This document shows positions 22,434 through 32,038 of a stretch of DNA of 64,000 nucleotides, in pieces. Source of the stretch: Anaeromyxobacteraceae bacterium (GTDB taxonomy: Bacteria > Myxococcota > Myxococcia > Myxococcales > Anaeromyxobacteraceae); contig JASGHJ010000002.1 in the NCBI GenBank assembly GCA_047602405.1, forward strand, positions 128,001 through 192,000, read 5' to 3'. Below the pieces are notes generated by a model that ran no database searches, was not told the origin of the DNA, and saw only the letters and a list, made by a program, of their open reading frames with translations. The position numbers were made by a program, and so were the translations under genes. Numbering within the stretch: the stretch's first letter is position 1; the number at the start of each line of letters is the position of its first letter.

Positions 22434-23714
22434 GTGCCGAAGGCCTCGGAACGGACGCTCCTCTTCCTCGTGGGGGCGGTCCAGTTCGTCAACGTCCTCG
22501 ACTTCATGATGGTGATGCCGCTCGGGCCGGACTTCGCGGTCCACCTCGGCATTCCGCTCTCGCAGATCGGGCTCGTCGGCGGCTCGTACACCGCCTCGGC
22601 CGCCGTGGTCGGCCTCCTCGGCGCGGGCTTCCTCGACCGCTTCGACCGGCGGCGCGCGCTCGCGGTGACCATGGGCGGCCTCGTCGTCGCGACGGCGCTC
22701 GGCGGCCTCGCGACCGGGCTCCACTCGATGATGGCCGCCCGCGTCCTCGCGGGCGCGTTCGGCGGCCCGGCGACTGCGCTCTCCCTCTCGGTCGTCGCGG
22801 ACGTCGTGCCGGCCGAGCGGCGCGGCAAGGCCATCGGGGCCGTGATGGGCGCGTTCTCGGTCGCCTCGGTGCTGGGGGTGCCGGCCGGGCTCGAGCTCGC
22901 GCGGCTCGGCGGTTGGCGCGCGCCGTTCTTCGCGGTGGCGGCGCTCGGGCTCGTCGTCGCCGGCAGCGCGCTCGCGATCATGCCGCCACTCCGCGGTCAC
23001 CTCGATCGCGTGGCGGCCGGCCCCGCCCGCGCGGCGGTGAGCGGCCTCGACGGGCTCGTCGCCATCCTGCGCCGCCCGGCGGCGGTGGTCGCGCTCGGGG
23101 CCGTCGCCCTCTCGATGATGTCGAACTTCGCCATCGTGCCGAACATCGCCTCGCACCTGCAGCTCGACCTCGGCTTCCCGCGCGAGCACCTCGGGCTCAT
23201 GTACATGCTCGGCGGCGGCGTGGCGTTCTTCGCGATGCGGTTCGCCGGGCGCGCCGTGGACCGCTTCGGCGAGTGGCCCGTGTCGGCGTTCGGCACCGCG
23301 CTCTTCCTGGTCGTCCTCGCGGTCGGCTTCGCCTACCCGCAGCCGTGGTTCCCGGTGCCGGCCCTCTTCGTCCTCTTCATGGGCGGCAACTCGGTGCGCA
23401 TGGTCGCGATGCAGAACGTGACCTCGCGCGTGCCGGCGCCCGACGAGCGGGCGCGGTACATGTCGACGCAGTCGGCGGTGCAGCACCTCTCGAGCGCGGT
23501 GGGCGCCGCCCTCTCGACGCAGCTCCTGTGGGTGCAGCCCGACGGCCAGCTCGGCGGCATGCCGCGGCTCGCCGCCTTCTCGGGCGCGCTCGCGATCACC
23601 CTGCCGTTCCTCATCCGCGCCGCGGCGCGGAAGGTGCCGCGCTACGCGGCGGCGCCGCCGGTCGGGAACGCCGGGCCCTCGCCGATCTCGACCGCGCCGA
23701 AGCGGGCCTCGTAG
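22434..23714 (+). CDS. MFS transporter
   Basis: About 12 TM; FLDRFDRRRAL motif A; DVVPAERRGKAIG. Confidence 0.92.
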   Translation: MPKASERTLLFLVGAVQFVNVLDFMMVMPLGPDFAVHLGIPLSQIGLVGGSYTASAAVVGLLGAGFLDRFDRRRALAVTMGGLVVATALGGLATGLHSMMAARVLAGAFGGPATALSLSVVADVVPAERRGKAIGAVMGAFSVASVLGVPAGLELARLGGWRAPFFAVAALGLVVAGSALAIMPPLRGHLDRVAAGPARAAVSGLDGLVAILRRPAAVVALGAVALSMMSNFAIVPNIASHLQLDLGFPREHLGLMYMLGGGVAFFAMRFAGRAVDRFGEWPVSAFGTALFLVVLAVGFAYPQPWFPVPALFVLFMGGNSVRMVAMQNVTSRVPAPDERARYMSTQSAVQHLSSAVGAALSTQLLWVQPDGQLGGMPRLAAFSGALAITLPFLIRAAARKVPRYAAAPPVGNAGPSPISTAPKRAS

Positions 23715-23959
23715 CGGCCGAGGTTCTCCTCGAGCGCGGCCACGAGCCGCTTCAGGTGGCGCGGGGTCAGGATGGCCCGGGCCCGCACCGTCGCCTTCGG
23801 CGCCTGCGGCTGCACGTAGATGAGGTCGAGCGTGAACTCGGAGTCGGTGTGGTTCACCATCGCCATGTTCACGAAGACCCCGTTCGCGACGGCCGGATCG
23901 AGCTCGATCTGGAGCTGCACGGCACCGGGCGGCGGCGGGGGGGTGGGCTTGTCGGCCAT
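23642..23959 (-). CDS. DUF3467 family protein
   Basis: IELD..VANGVFVN...NHTDSEFTLD...TPRHLKRL..ALEENL..YE.RFG. Confidence 0.85.
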   Translation of the reverse strand: MADKPTPPPPPGAVQLQIELDPAVANGVFVNMAMVNHTDSEFTLDLIYVQPQAPKATVRARAILTPRHLKRLVAALEENLGRYEARFGAVEIGEGPAFPTGGAAA

Positions 23960-24048
23960 GGCCGTCCTTACCACGCCGGGGCCGTTCGGGGGTGTCCGCA
24001 GGTTCGGCGTTGAAAGCCGGCCCGGACAGGGGTAACCGATCACTCACC

Positions 24049-24909
24049 GTGTCGCGCCTGCCCGACATCGAGCACGGACGGGAGTTCGAGCTGCCGGGGG
24101 GACCCGACGCGGTGCTCCTCCTGCACGGCCTCACCGGCTCGACCTGGGAGATGACGCACGTCGCTCGCCGCCTGCACGCCGACGGCATGCGTTGCCTCGC
24201 CCCGGTGATGGCCGGCCACGGTGGGCCGGCGAGCGGGCTCGTCGGCGTCGGCTGGGAGGAGTGGGTCGCGAAGGCGCGCGGCGACCTCGCCCGCCTGCAG
24301 GGGGCGCGGCGCACGTTCGTGGTGGGCTGCTCGATGGGCGCCCTCGTCGCCTGCGCGCTCGCGCACGACGTGCCGGAGCGGGTGGACGGCCTCGTGCTGC
24401 TCGCGCCCGCGCTCGAGCTCCAGCTCGGCGGGAAGCTCGGCGGCCTCCTCGGCCGGGTCCCGGCGCTGCGCGAGGCGGTCATCCCGAAGCGCGCGGGCTC
24501 CGACGTGGCCGACCCGGCGGCGCGCGCCAGCAACAAGTGCATGGACGGCGTGCCGCTCGCGGCGGTCGCCGAGCTCGAGGCGCTGCAGGCGGAGGTCGAC
24601 CGGCAGCTGCCCGGCGTCGCCGCGCCCGCGCTCGTCATCGCCGGCGCGCACGACCACACCATCACGATGCGCGGCGCGCGGCGGGTCGCGCGCCGGATCG
24701 GCGGCGGGCCGGCCCGGCTCGTCGTGCTCGAGAACAGCTGGCACCTCGTCGGCGTCGACGTGGAGCGCGATCGCTGCGCCGAGGAGGTCGCGACGTTCCT
24801 CGAGGGGCTGCCGGTGCCCGGGCGGCCGGCGGCGGCGACCCGCCGGCCCAGGAAGACGAAGGCGCCGCCCAGGAAGCGGAAGGCGGCTCCGGCGCGCAGG
24901 CGCAAGTAG
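24049..24909 (+). CDS. Carboxylesterase / monoacylglycerol lipase-like alpha/beta hydrolase
   Basis: LLLHGLTGS, GCSMG, HDHTI, NSWHLV. Confidence 0.88.
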   Translation: MSRLPDIEHGREFELPGGPDAVLLLHGLTGSTWEMTHVARRLHADGMRCLAPVMAGHGGPASGLVGVGWEEWVAKARGDLARLQGARRTFVVGCSMGALVACALAHDVPERVDGLVLLAPALELQLGGKLGGLLGRVPALREAVIPKRAGSDVADPAARASNKCMDGVPLAAVAELEALQAEVDRQLPGVAAPALVIAGAHDHTITMRGARRVARRIGGGPARLVVLENSWHLVGVDVERDRCAEEVATFLEGLPVPGRPAAATRRPRKTKAPPRKRKAAPARRRK

Positions 24910-24931
24910 CGGTCCAGGGGGAGGGAGTCAC

Positions 24932-26410
24932 ATGGCGTCGTACGTGATGTCGATCGACCAGGGCACGACCGGCACGACCGTGCTCATCCTCGACAGGCGC
25001 CTGGGCCTGCGGGCCAAGGTGAACCAGGAGTACCGCCAGATCTTCCCGCGGCCGGGCTGGGTGGAGCACGACCTCGAGGACATCTGGAACTCGACGGCCG
25101 CGATGGTGCGGAAGGCGCTCGCGCAGGCGGGCGTGAAGGGGAAGGACCTCGCCGCGATCGGCATCACGAACCAGCGCGAGACGGTGGGCATGTGGAGCCG
25201 GAAGACCGGCAAGCCCCTGCACCACGCGATCGTCTGGCAGGACCGCCGCACCACCGACGCCTGCGCCGCCATGAAGGCGGCCGGCCACGAGCCGCGCATC
25301 CGGGAGCAGACCGGCCTCGTCCTCGACCCGTACTTCTCGGCGACGAAGATCCGCTGGCTCCTCGATCACGCGAAGGGCGTGAGGGAGAAGGCCGCCTCCG
25401 GCGAGGCCGCGTTCGGCACCATCGACACGTTCCTCGCCTGGCGGCTCACCGGCGGCGCCGCACACGTCACCGACGTCTCGAACGCCTCGCGCACGCTCCT
25501 CATGGACCTGCGCTCGCGCGCGTGGGATCCGGGGCTGCTCGACCTCTTCGGCGTGCCCGCGGGCATCCTCCCGGAGATCCGGCCGTCCTCGCAGGTGTAC
25601 GGCACGACGAAGGGCGTGCGGGTGCTGCCCGACGGCATCCCGGTCGCCGGCATCGCGGGCGACCAGCAGGCGGCGCTCTTCGGGCAGGCCTGCTTCGATC
25701 CGGGCGCCGCGAAGTGCACGTACGGCACCGGCGCGTTCCTCCTGCAGAACGTCGGCCCCGAGCCGGTCGCGTCGTCGCGCGGCCTCCTCGCCACGGTCGC
25801 CTGGCAGGTGGGCGACGAGGTCGCGTACGCGCTCGAGGGCTCGGCCTTCATCGCGGGCGCCGCCGTGCAGTGGCTGCGCGACGGGCTCGGGATCATCAAG
25901 CGGTCCTCCGACGTGGAGGCGCTCGCCCGCACGGTGAAGGACTCGGCCGGCGTGGTGTTCGTGCCCGCCCTCGCGGGCCTGGGCGCGCCGCACTGGCGCC
26001 CGGAGGCGCGGGGCCTCGTGCGCGGCATCGACCGCGGCACGACCGCGGCGCACCTCGCGCGCGCGACGCTCGAGGGCATCGCGTTCGAGACCTTCGAGCT
26101 CGCCGAGGCGATGCGCGTCGAGGCCGGGAAGCCCTTCCCGGTGTTCAAGGTCGACGGCGGCGCCTCGATGAACGACCTCCTCATGCAGTTCCAGGCCGAC
26201 CTCCTCGACGTGCCCGTCGAGCGGCCGCGGATGATCGAGACCACCGCGCTCGGCGCGGCGTTCCTCGCCGGCCTCGGCGTCGGCTTCTGGAAGGACCGCA
26301 GCGAGATCCGCAAGGCCTGGAAGGCCGGGAAGCGCTTCACGCCGAGGATGAAGGCGACCGAGCGCGAGGCCCACCTCGCCCGCTGGCGGAAGGCCGTGCA
26401 GGGGGCCTGA
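24932..26410 (+). CDS. glpK: Glycerol kinase
   Basis: [53 protein letters not shown]. Confidence 0.97.
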   Translation: MASYVMSIDQGTTGTTVLILDRRLGLRAKVNQEYRQIFPRPGWVEHDLEDIWNSTAAMVRKALAQAGVKGKDLAAIGITNQRETVGMWSRKTGKPLHHAIVWQDRRTTDACAAMKAAGHEPRIREQTGLVLDPYFSATKIRWLLDHAKGVREKAASGEAAFGTIDTFLAWRLTGGAAHVTDVSNASRTLLMDLRSRAWDPGLLDLFGVPAGILPEIRPSSQVYGTTKGVRVLPDGIPVAGIAGDQQAALFGQACFDPGAAKCTYGTGAFLLQNVGPEPVASSRGLLATVAWQVGDEVAYALEGSAFIAGAAVQWLRDGLGIIKRSSDVEALARTVKDSAGVVFVPALAGLGAPHWRPEARGLVRGIDRGTTAAHLARATLEGIAFETFELAEAMRVEAGKPFPVFKVDGGASMNDLLMQFQADLLDVPVERPRMIETTALGAAFLAGLGVGFWKDRSEIRKAWKAGKRFTPRMKATEREAHLARWRKAVQGA

Positions 26411-26847
26411 TGAAGGCCCACACCCGCTACCTGACCTTCGACCTCCCGCGCCGCCGCGGCCTCGTGCGCATCACCGACGAGGTCGAGAAGACGTGCCGGG
26501 AGAGCGGCATCCAGGAGGGCATGGTCCTCGTGTCGGCGATGCACATCACCGCGGCCGTGTTCGTGAACGACGACGAGCCCGGGCTGCACGCCGACATCGA
26601 GCGGTGGGTGCAGGAGCTCGCGCCCGGCCCGGCGGCCGACGACTCGGCGCCCGGCCCCGACTACGAGCACCACGCGAGCGGCGAGGACAACGGGGACGCC
26701 CACCTGAAGAACCTGCTCATCGGGCACCAGGTGATCGTGCCGATCACGAAGGGCAAGCTCGACCTCGGCCCGTGGCAGCAGGTCTTCTACTTCGAGTTCG
26801 ACGGGCGGCGCCGGAAGCGGCTCGTCATGAAGGCGATGGGGGAGTGA
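26410..26847 (+). CDS. YjbQ / UPF0047 family protein
   Basis: [35 protein letters not shown]. Confidence 0.92.
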   Translation: MKAHTRYLTFDLPRRRGLVRITDEVEKTCRESGIQEGMVLVSAMHITAAVFVNDDEPGLHADIERWVQELAPGPAADDSAPGPDYEHHASGEDNGDAHLKNLLIGHQVIVPITKGKLDLGPWQQVFYFEFDGRRRKRLVMKAMGE

Positions 26848-27305
26848 TGCGCGCCGAGGTCGCGCTCGTCGCAGCGCTCGTGGCGTCGGGCCCGCCTTCG
26901 GAGCTCGTCGAGGAGCCTCGCCGCGCCTCCTGCGGCGCCGAGCAGGCCTCACGGTGCGAGCCAGGCGGCGGCTGCGCACGGGTCGATCCCGCGGCGCTCC
27001 AGGCCGAGCGCTTCGAGCTCGACCTGCGTGCGCGCACCTTGACCGCGTGCCTCTACACCGACTGCCTCGAGGGCCGCGCCACGCTGGTGCGGGAGCCCGG
27101 CCGCCGCTGGGTGGTCACCGCCTTCGCGCTCGTGCGCTCCGGCCGCAAGGCGGGCGCCGCGCCGCCGCCGGGGAGCGGGCCGATGCCGGTGACGCTCACC
27201 GTGGACCTCCGCACCGGCCGCTTCGCCGCCACCTGGGGGCACTCGCCGGAGGGTGTGCAGACCGACTTCGGTGCGTGCACGTTCGGGGCGACCCCGGGCC
27301 GCTGA
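26847..27305 (+). CDS. Hypothetical Cys-containing protein, possibly exported
   Basis: ATG overlaps yjbQ-like stop; hydrophobic N-terminus; six Cys. Confidence 0.6.
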   Translation: MRAEVALVAALVASGPPSELVEEPRRASCGAEQASRCEPGGGCARVDPAALQAERFELDLRARTLTACLYTDCLEGRATLVREPGRRWVVTAFALVRSGRKAGAAPPPGSGPMPVTLTVDLRTGRFAATWGHSPEGVQTDFGACTFGATPGR

Positions 27306-27349
27306 GCGCGCGCGGGTCCCCGTGTCCCGAGACGGGGTGGCCCGGTCCG

Positions 27350-27949
27350 TCAGCCCAGAAACGCGCGCACGAGCGCCGCGACCTCGTCCGCACGCGCCTC
27401 GCCGAAGCCGTGGTCGCCCCCGCGGATCACCTCGAGCCGGGCGTGCGGCAGCGTCGCGCGCAGCTTCTCGCCGACCGCGAGCGGGCTCACCGGATCGGCG
27501 TCGCTCCAGAGGAGCAGGGTGGGGGCGCGCAGGGTGGGCAGCCGCGCCGAGAGGTCGGTGCGGTCGACGAGGAACCACGGCGGCACGTCCGGCAGCGCCG
27601 CGCGGTAGTCGGGGCGCCAGTCGGCGGCGCCGAGCGAGGCCACGTCGAGGCCGCCGGAGGTCGCGGCGAGGACGAGGCGGCGCACGCGGCCGGGCTCGTC
27701 GAGCGCGAGGCGCGCCGCGAGCACGCCGCCCATCGACTGCGCCACGACGTCGAATGGCCCCGCGGGCAGGCGCGCGACGACCCAGCGGTAGAGGTCGTCG
27801 AGCGAGGCGAGGGCGGGATTCGGCGGGAGCCCCGCGAAGCCGGGGTAGCCGAGGAGGTGCGTGGGGCCGAGGTCCGCGAGGTGCTCCGCGACCGGCCGCC
27901 AGAAGCCCGGCCGGCCGGCCGCGCCGGGGAGGAACACGATGGGGGTCAC
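27350..27949 (-). CDS. Alpha/beta hydrolase
   Basis: VFLPGA, VAQSMGG, DPVSP, GGDH. Confidence 0.88.
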   Translation of the reverse strand: MTPIVFLPGAAGRPGFWRPVAEHLADLGPTHLLGYPGFAGLPPNPALASLDDLYRWVVARLPAGPFDVVAQSMGGVLAARLALDEPGRVRRLVLAATSGGLDVASLGAADWRPDYRAALPDVPPWFLVDRTDLSARLPTLRAPTLLLWSDADPVSPLAVGEKLRATLPHARLEVIRGGDHGFGEARADEVAALVRAFLG

Positions 27950-28002
27950 GCGCGAGAGCCTACCGCGGCGCCGGCGGTGCGGCGCCGTGGTAACAAGGTG
28001 GG

Positions 28003-29049
28003 GTGACCGCCGCCCCCTCCGCCGTCCCCGCGAAGGTGCTCGCCGCCTGGGGGCTCGAGGCCTTCCTCGCCACGCCCGTCGATGCCGGGCTCATCAACCG
28101 CACGTTCGTCGTGAGTGCACCGGGTGGGCGATGGATCCTGCAGTGGGTGAACCCGATCTTCGGGCCCGAGGTGAACGAGGACATCGAGGCGGTGAGCGCC
28201 CACCTCGCGGCGCAGGGCTTCCCGGTGCCGCGCCTCGTGCGGACGCGCGTGGGGGCGCTCTCGGTCGCGGACGCCGCGGGTGGCCACTGGCGCCTCATGA
28301 CCTTCGTCGCCGGGCTCACCTTCCACAAGGCGACCGGCCCCGCGCTCTGCGAGAGCGCGGGCAGGCTGGTCGGGCGGTTCCACCGCACCGTCGCCGACCT
28401 CGGCCACGTGTTCGCGCACCGCCGCCCCCACGTGCACGACACGCCCCGGCACCTCGCGCACCTCGCGGAGGTGCTCGCGCGGCGGGCCGACCACCGGAAC
28501 CACGCGCTCGTCGCGCCGGTGGCCCCGGAGATCCTCGCGCGCGGCGCGGACCTCCCGCGGGTCGAGGGCCTGCCTCAGCGGGTCGTGCACGGCGACCTCA
28601 AGCTCTCGAACGTGCTCTTCTCGCCGGAGGGCGAGGCGATCGCGCTCATCGACCTCGACACGCTCGCGCGCATGAGCGTCGTGCTCGAGCTCGGCGACGC
28701 GTGGCGCTCCTGGTGCAACCCGGCCGGCGAGGACGACCCCGCGGCCGCGCGGCTCGACCTCGGGCTCTTCGAGGCCTCGGTGCGCGGCTACGCGGAGGGC
28801 GCGGCGGGGCTGCTCGAGCCCGCCGAGGTCGCGGCGCTGCCGAGGGCGGTCGAGCTCATCGCGCTCGAGCTGTCCGCGCGCTTCTGCGCGGACGCGCTCG
28901 ACGAGAGCTACTTCGGCTGGGACCGCAGCCGGTTCCCGAGCGCGAGCGAGCACAACCTGCTCCGCGCGCGCGGCCAGCTCGCCCTCGCGCGGTCGGCGGC
29001 CGACCAGCGCGCGGCGCAGGAGCGGGTGGTGGCGGGGGCGTTCGGGTAG
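28003..29049 (+). CDS. Aminoglycoside phosphotransferase / sugar kinase-like protein
   Basis: GLINRTF, LQWVN, HGDLKLSNVLF, IDLDT, ELGDAWRSWC. Confidence 0.88.
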   Translation: MTAAPSAVPAKVLAAWGLEAFLATPVDAGLINRTFVVSAPGGRWILQWVNPIFGPEVNEDIEAVSAHLAAQGFPVPRLVRTRVGALSVADAAGGHWRLMTFVAGLTFHKATGPALCESAGRLVGRFHRTVADLGHVFAHRRPHVHDTPRHLAHLAEVLARRADHRNHALVAPVAPEILARGADLPRVEGLPQRVVHGDLKLSNVLFSPEGEAIALIDLDTLARMSVVLELGDAWRSWCNPAGEDDPAAARLDLGLFEASVRGYAEGAAGLLEPAEVAALPRAVELIALELSARFCADALDESYFGWDRSRFPSASEHNLLRARGQLALARSAADQRAAQERVVAGAFG

Positions 29050-29170
29050 CGATCGGCGGCTGCGGGGTGCGCCGGCGGCGGGGTGCGCCAGGTCCTGTTG
29101 CGACTCGTTCGCAAACACTTCCGCGGAGGAAGTCCCGGGGCTCCGGCGACCCAACCCCTGAGTGAGCCGG

Positions 29171-29362
29171 TCAGCTTCTCGCTATCAAGATTGATAGCGG
29201 CTCCCGCCGACCGCGGAGGCGTGGGGTCGTCGCCACCAGGTCCTCGATGCCCGCAAAGCCGTACCCGTGCTCCACGAGCATCCAGAAAAAGAGGGCCAGC
29301 GAGGCGAGGGCCGTGGCGACCCGCGCCACCCACCGCCACGCTCCGAGCGCTCCCGTGCCCAT
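29171..29362 (-). CDS. Small single-pass membrane protein (63 aa)
   Basis: RBS GGGAGG before ATG; hydrophobic ATALASLALFFWMLV. Confidence 0.5.
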   Translation of the reverse strand: MGTGALGAWRWVARVATALASLALFFWMLVEHGYGFAGIEDLVATTPRLRGRREPLSILIARS

Positions 29363-29458
29363 GCCTCCCAGCGTACCGCGTCGCCGGGCAAGACCGCGGT
29401 CGAGCCCGCGCCGACCGTGCTCAGGCGCACCACGAGCGTGGTCCGCCTTAGGGGTCTG

Positions 29459-29474
29459 GTTCAAGCGCTTGAAC
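29459..29474. promoter_or_regulatory. Perfect 16-bp palindrome GTTCAAGCGCTTGAAC, candidate operator
   Basis: Self-complementary; about 100 bp upstream of the small ORF in an AT-richer intergenic tract. Confidence 0.5.
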
Positions 29475-29594
29475 TCGCGAATTAAGTCGCGCAACCGCCC
29501 GCGACGACTCGGATTGTCGGTTTGTCATCAAGCGGCCGGCCCCCAACGTCGGCCCGGCCACGCCCTTCACCCTCCGTCACCGCCAGCCTTCCGC

Positions 29595-30992
29595 CTACTC
29601 CAGCGCCTCCAGCGCGGCCTGCACGGAGTCCACCCCCACGAGCTCGATCCCCTTCGGCGCCTCGGCGTGGCGGGCGTTCGCGGCGGGGAGGAGCGCGCGC
29701 TCGAAGCCGAGGCGGGCGGCCTCGGCGAGGCGGACCTCGGGCTGGCTGACGGCGCGGACCTCGCCGGCGAGGCCGATCTCGCCGAGGAGCAGCGTGCGGG
29801 CGGGGACGGGGCGGTTGCGGAACGAGGACGACAGCGCGGCGGCGCAGGCGAGATCGGCGGCGGGGTCGTCGATGCTGAGGCCGCCGGCGACGTTCACGAA
29901 GATGTCGCAGCCGGAGATCTCGAGGTCGAGCTTCTTCTTGAGCACCGCGGCGAGCATCGCGACGCGGGCGGAGTCGAGGCCGAGCGAGGTGCGGCGCGGC
30001 GTGCCGCCCTGGTAGGCGGCGTCGGAGACGAGCGCCTGGATCTCGCAGAGGATGGTGCGGGTGCCGTTGAGGACCGCGGTGACCGCGGAGCCGGACGCGC
30101 CCTCGGGGCGCTCGGCGAGGAAGAGCGCGGAGGGGTTCGGGACCTCGGCGAGGCCGCCGGCCTTCATCTCGAAGACGCCGATCTCGCTCGCCGAGCCGAA
30201 GCGGTTCTTGTGCGCGCGCAGCACGCGGTACGGGTGGGCGCCGCCGCCCTCGAAGTAGAGGACGGTGTCGACCATGTGCTCGAGCACGCGCGGGCCGGCG
30301 ATGGAGCCGTCCTTCGTCACGTGCCCGACGAGGAACACCGGCGTCTCGGTGGTCTTCGCGTACGCCATGAGGCGCGCGGCGACCTCGCGGATCTGGGTGA
30401 CGGTGCCGGGCGCGCTCTGGAGCTCCGGCAGGTACTGCGTCTGGATCGAGTCGACCGCGACCGCGGCGGGCGTGAGCGCGTCGGCGGCGTGCAGCACCTT
30501 GCCGGCGTCGGTCTCGGCGAGCACCTGCAGGTTCGGGGCGGAGACCTGCAGGCGGTCGGCCCGGAGCTTCACCTGGCGCGCCGACTCCTCGCCGGAGACG
30601 TAGAGCACGGGCTTGTCGGGCGTGGTGCGGGCGAGCCGGTCGAGCGCGGCGAGCAGCAGCGTCGACTTCCCGATGCCGGGGTCGCCGCCGAGGAGCACGA
30701 GCGAGCCGGGCACGACCCCGCCGCCGAGCACGCGGTCGAGCTCGGCGATGCCGGTGTGGCAGCGCAATTCGACGTCGGCGGTGACCTCGCGGAGCGGAAC
30801 GGGCTTCGTGGAGCCCGAGGTGCCCCAGCCGCGCACGAGCGCGCCGGCCTTCGGCTCCGGCGCGGCGACCTCCTCCTGCAGCGTGTTCCACTGCTTGCAG
30901 GAGGGGCACTGGCCGAGCCACTTCGGGCTCGAGTGGCCGCACTCGGCGCAGGCGTAGACGGTCTTCGTGCGCGAGGCGCCGGGGCGGGACAT
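29595..30992 (-). CDS. radA: DNA repair protein RadA/Sms
   Basis: CAECG..SPKWLGQCPSC, GGDPGIGKST, KNRFG, GEIGLAGEVR. Confidence 0.97.
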   Translation of the reverse strand: MSRPGASRTKTVYACAECGHSSPKWLGQCPSCKQWNTLQEEVAAPEPKAGALVRGWGTSGSTKPVPLREVTADVELRCHTGIAELDRVLGGGVVPGSLVLLGGDPGIGKSTLLLAALDRLARTTPDKPVLYVSGEESARQVKLRADRLQVSAPNLQVLAETDAGKVLHAADALTPAAVAVDSIQTQYLPELQSAPGTVTQIREVAARLMAYAKTTETPVFLVGHVTKDGSIAGPRVLEHMVDTVLYFEGGGAHPYRVLRAHKNRFGSASEIGVFEMKAGGLAEVPNPSALFLAERPEGASGSAVTAVLNGTRTILCEIQALVSDAAYQGGTPRRTSLGLDSARVAMLAAVLKKKLDLEISGCDIFVNVAGGLSIDDPAADLACAAALSSSFRNRPVPARTLLLGEIGLAGEVRAVSQPEVRLAEAARLGFERALLPAANARHAEAPKGIELVGVDSVQAALEALE

Positions 30993-31028
30993 CCGTGCAG
31001 GGTAGCGCGGGGGTCCGACAGGCCCGGC

Positions 31029-31079
31029 TCCTTCGACTTCGCCTGCCCTGCGCCTGTCGAAGGGCTCAGGATGAGCGGA
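31029..31079 (+). repeat. REP-like repeat, family B copy 1
   Basis: TCCTTCGACTTCG...GCTCAGGATGAGCGGA shared with 56500-56557. Confidence 0.75.
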
Positions 31080-31081
31080 GC

Positions 31082-32038
31082 CTACTGCCCCCCGCCCGCG
31101 AACTCCGGCCGGCAGAGCACGTGCCCGAGCTGCCGCTCCTCGCGGCCGCGCACCTTGCAGCCGTAACCGGGGCCGTCCATCGAGGCGCCGCCCGCGAGCC
31201 AGGCGACGTCCCAGCGGTCGAGCCGCCCGCAGACCGCGTCGCGGTGCGCGTCGACCTCGCCGATGGTGACCGGGAGGTAGCCGCCCGGGCAGGCCGGGCC
31301 GGCGACCTTCACCACGCTGCGCGGGTCGAAGGGCGCGGGGGCGCGGGGCGGATCGCGGTACGCAGGATCGCGCTCCGGCGGCGGGTCGCGGTAGACGGGC
31401 GGCTCGCGCCGTGGGGCGTGCGGGTTGGCCGCCCCCACGAGGCACTGCCCGGAGTCCCCGCCGGCGCCGCGCACCGGCGCGCCCGTGAAGATCCGCACCT
31501 CGAAGCGGCCGCGGCGCGGGCGGTCGAGGTCGAACCCGGTGCAGCCCGGGGTCCGCGCGCAGAGCGCGATCGCCTCGTTGAGCGTCCGCTCGCCGGCGCG
31601 CCGCGGGCCCCGGTCCCGGCGGCGCTCGCCGGGTCGCCGCTCGCCGGGGCCCTCGCAGCGCCCGGCCTCCGGGACGAGCGCGAGGCGCACCGCCGGGTCG
31701 AGGGCCATCCAGGTGAAGCAGGTGTCGCCGCCGCCCTCGGCCTCGAACGGCGCGTGGCCGAACAGGTTGCAGTCGAAGCGGCCGCGGTCCGGCCGGGCGA
31801 GGTCGAAGCCATTGCAGCCGGGCGTGTCGTCGCAGAGGACGCGGCACTCGGCGGGCGTGCGCTGGCCCTCGAAGCGCGGCCAGCCGTGCTCGTCCCAGCC
31901 CGGGCCGCGGCAGGAGCCGGCGAGGGGCACGTAGCCGGTCCCGGGCGGCGGCGGATCGGCGAGGGCCGCCCCCGGCGCGGCGGCGAGGAGCAGCGCCGCC
32001 ATGCCGCCGAGGCAGCCCGGCGCGAGCGGGCGCGTCAC
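31082..32038 (-). CDS. Secreted protein: two PAN/apple-like domains, Pro-rich linker, APT (aerolysin small-lobe)-like domain
   Basis: Signal peptide; CRVLCDDTPGCNGFD and LCARTPGCTGFD; C-terminal CPGGYLPVT..E....VCGRL..W.VAWLAGG.SMDGPGY; GTGA overlap. Confidence 0.7.
   Translation of the reverse strand: MTRPLAPGCLGGMAALLLAAAPGAALADPPPPGTGYVPLAGSCRGPGWDEHGWPRFEGQRTPAECRVLCDDTPGCNGFDLARPDRGRFDCNLFGHAPFEAEGGGDTCFTWMALDPAVRLALVPEAGRCEGPGERRPGERRRDRGPRRAGERTLNEAIALCARTPGCTGFDLDRPRRGRFEVRIFTGAPVRGAGGDSGQCLVGAANPHAPRREPPVYRDPPPERDPAYRDPPRAPAPFDPRSVVKVAGPACPGGYLPVTIGEVDAHRDAVCGRLDRWDVAWLAGGASMDGPGYGCKVRGREERQLGHVLCRPEFAGGGQ

Noticed and set aside
10278..23714. Convergent 3' overlaps (10278-10333, 13426-13441, 23642-23714)
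   Set aside because: Common in GC-rich genomes; the overlapping tails are low-complexity
29121..29150. GGAGGAAGTCCCGGGGCTCC resembling the RNase P RNA 5' conserved region
   Set aside because: Not an exact GAGGAAAGTCC match, and the other conserved blocks such as the 3' ACAGAA..CGGCTTA are missing
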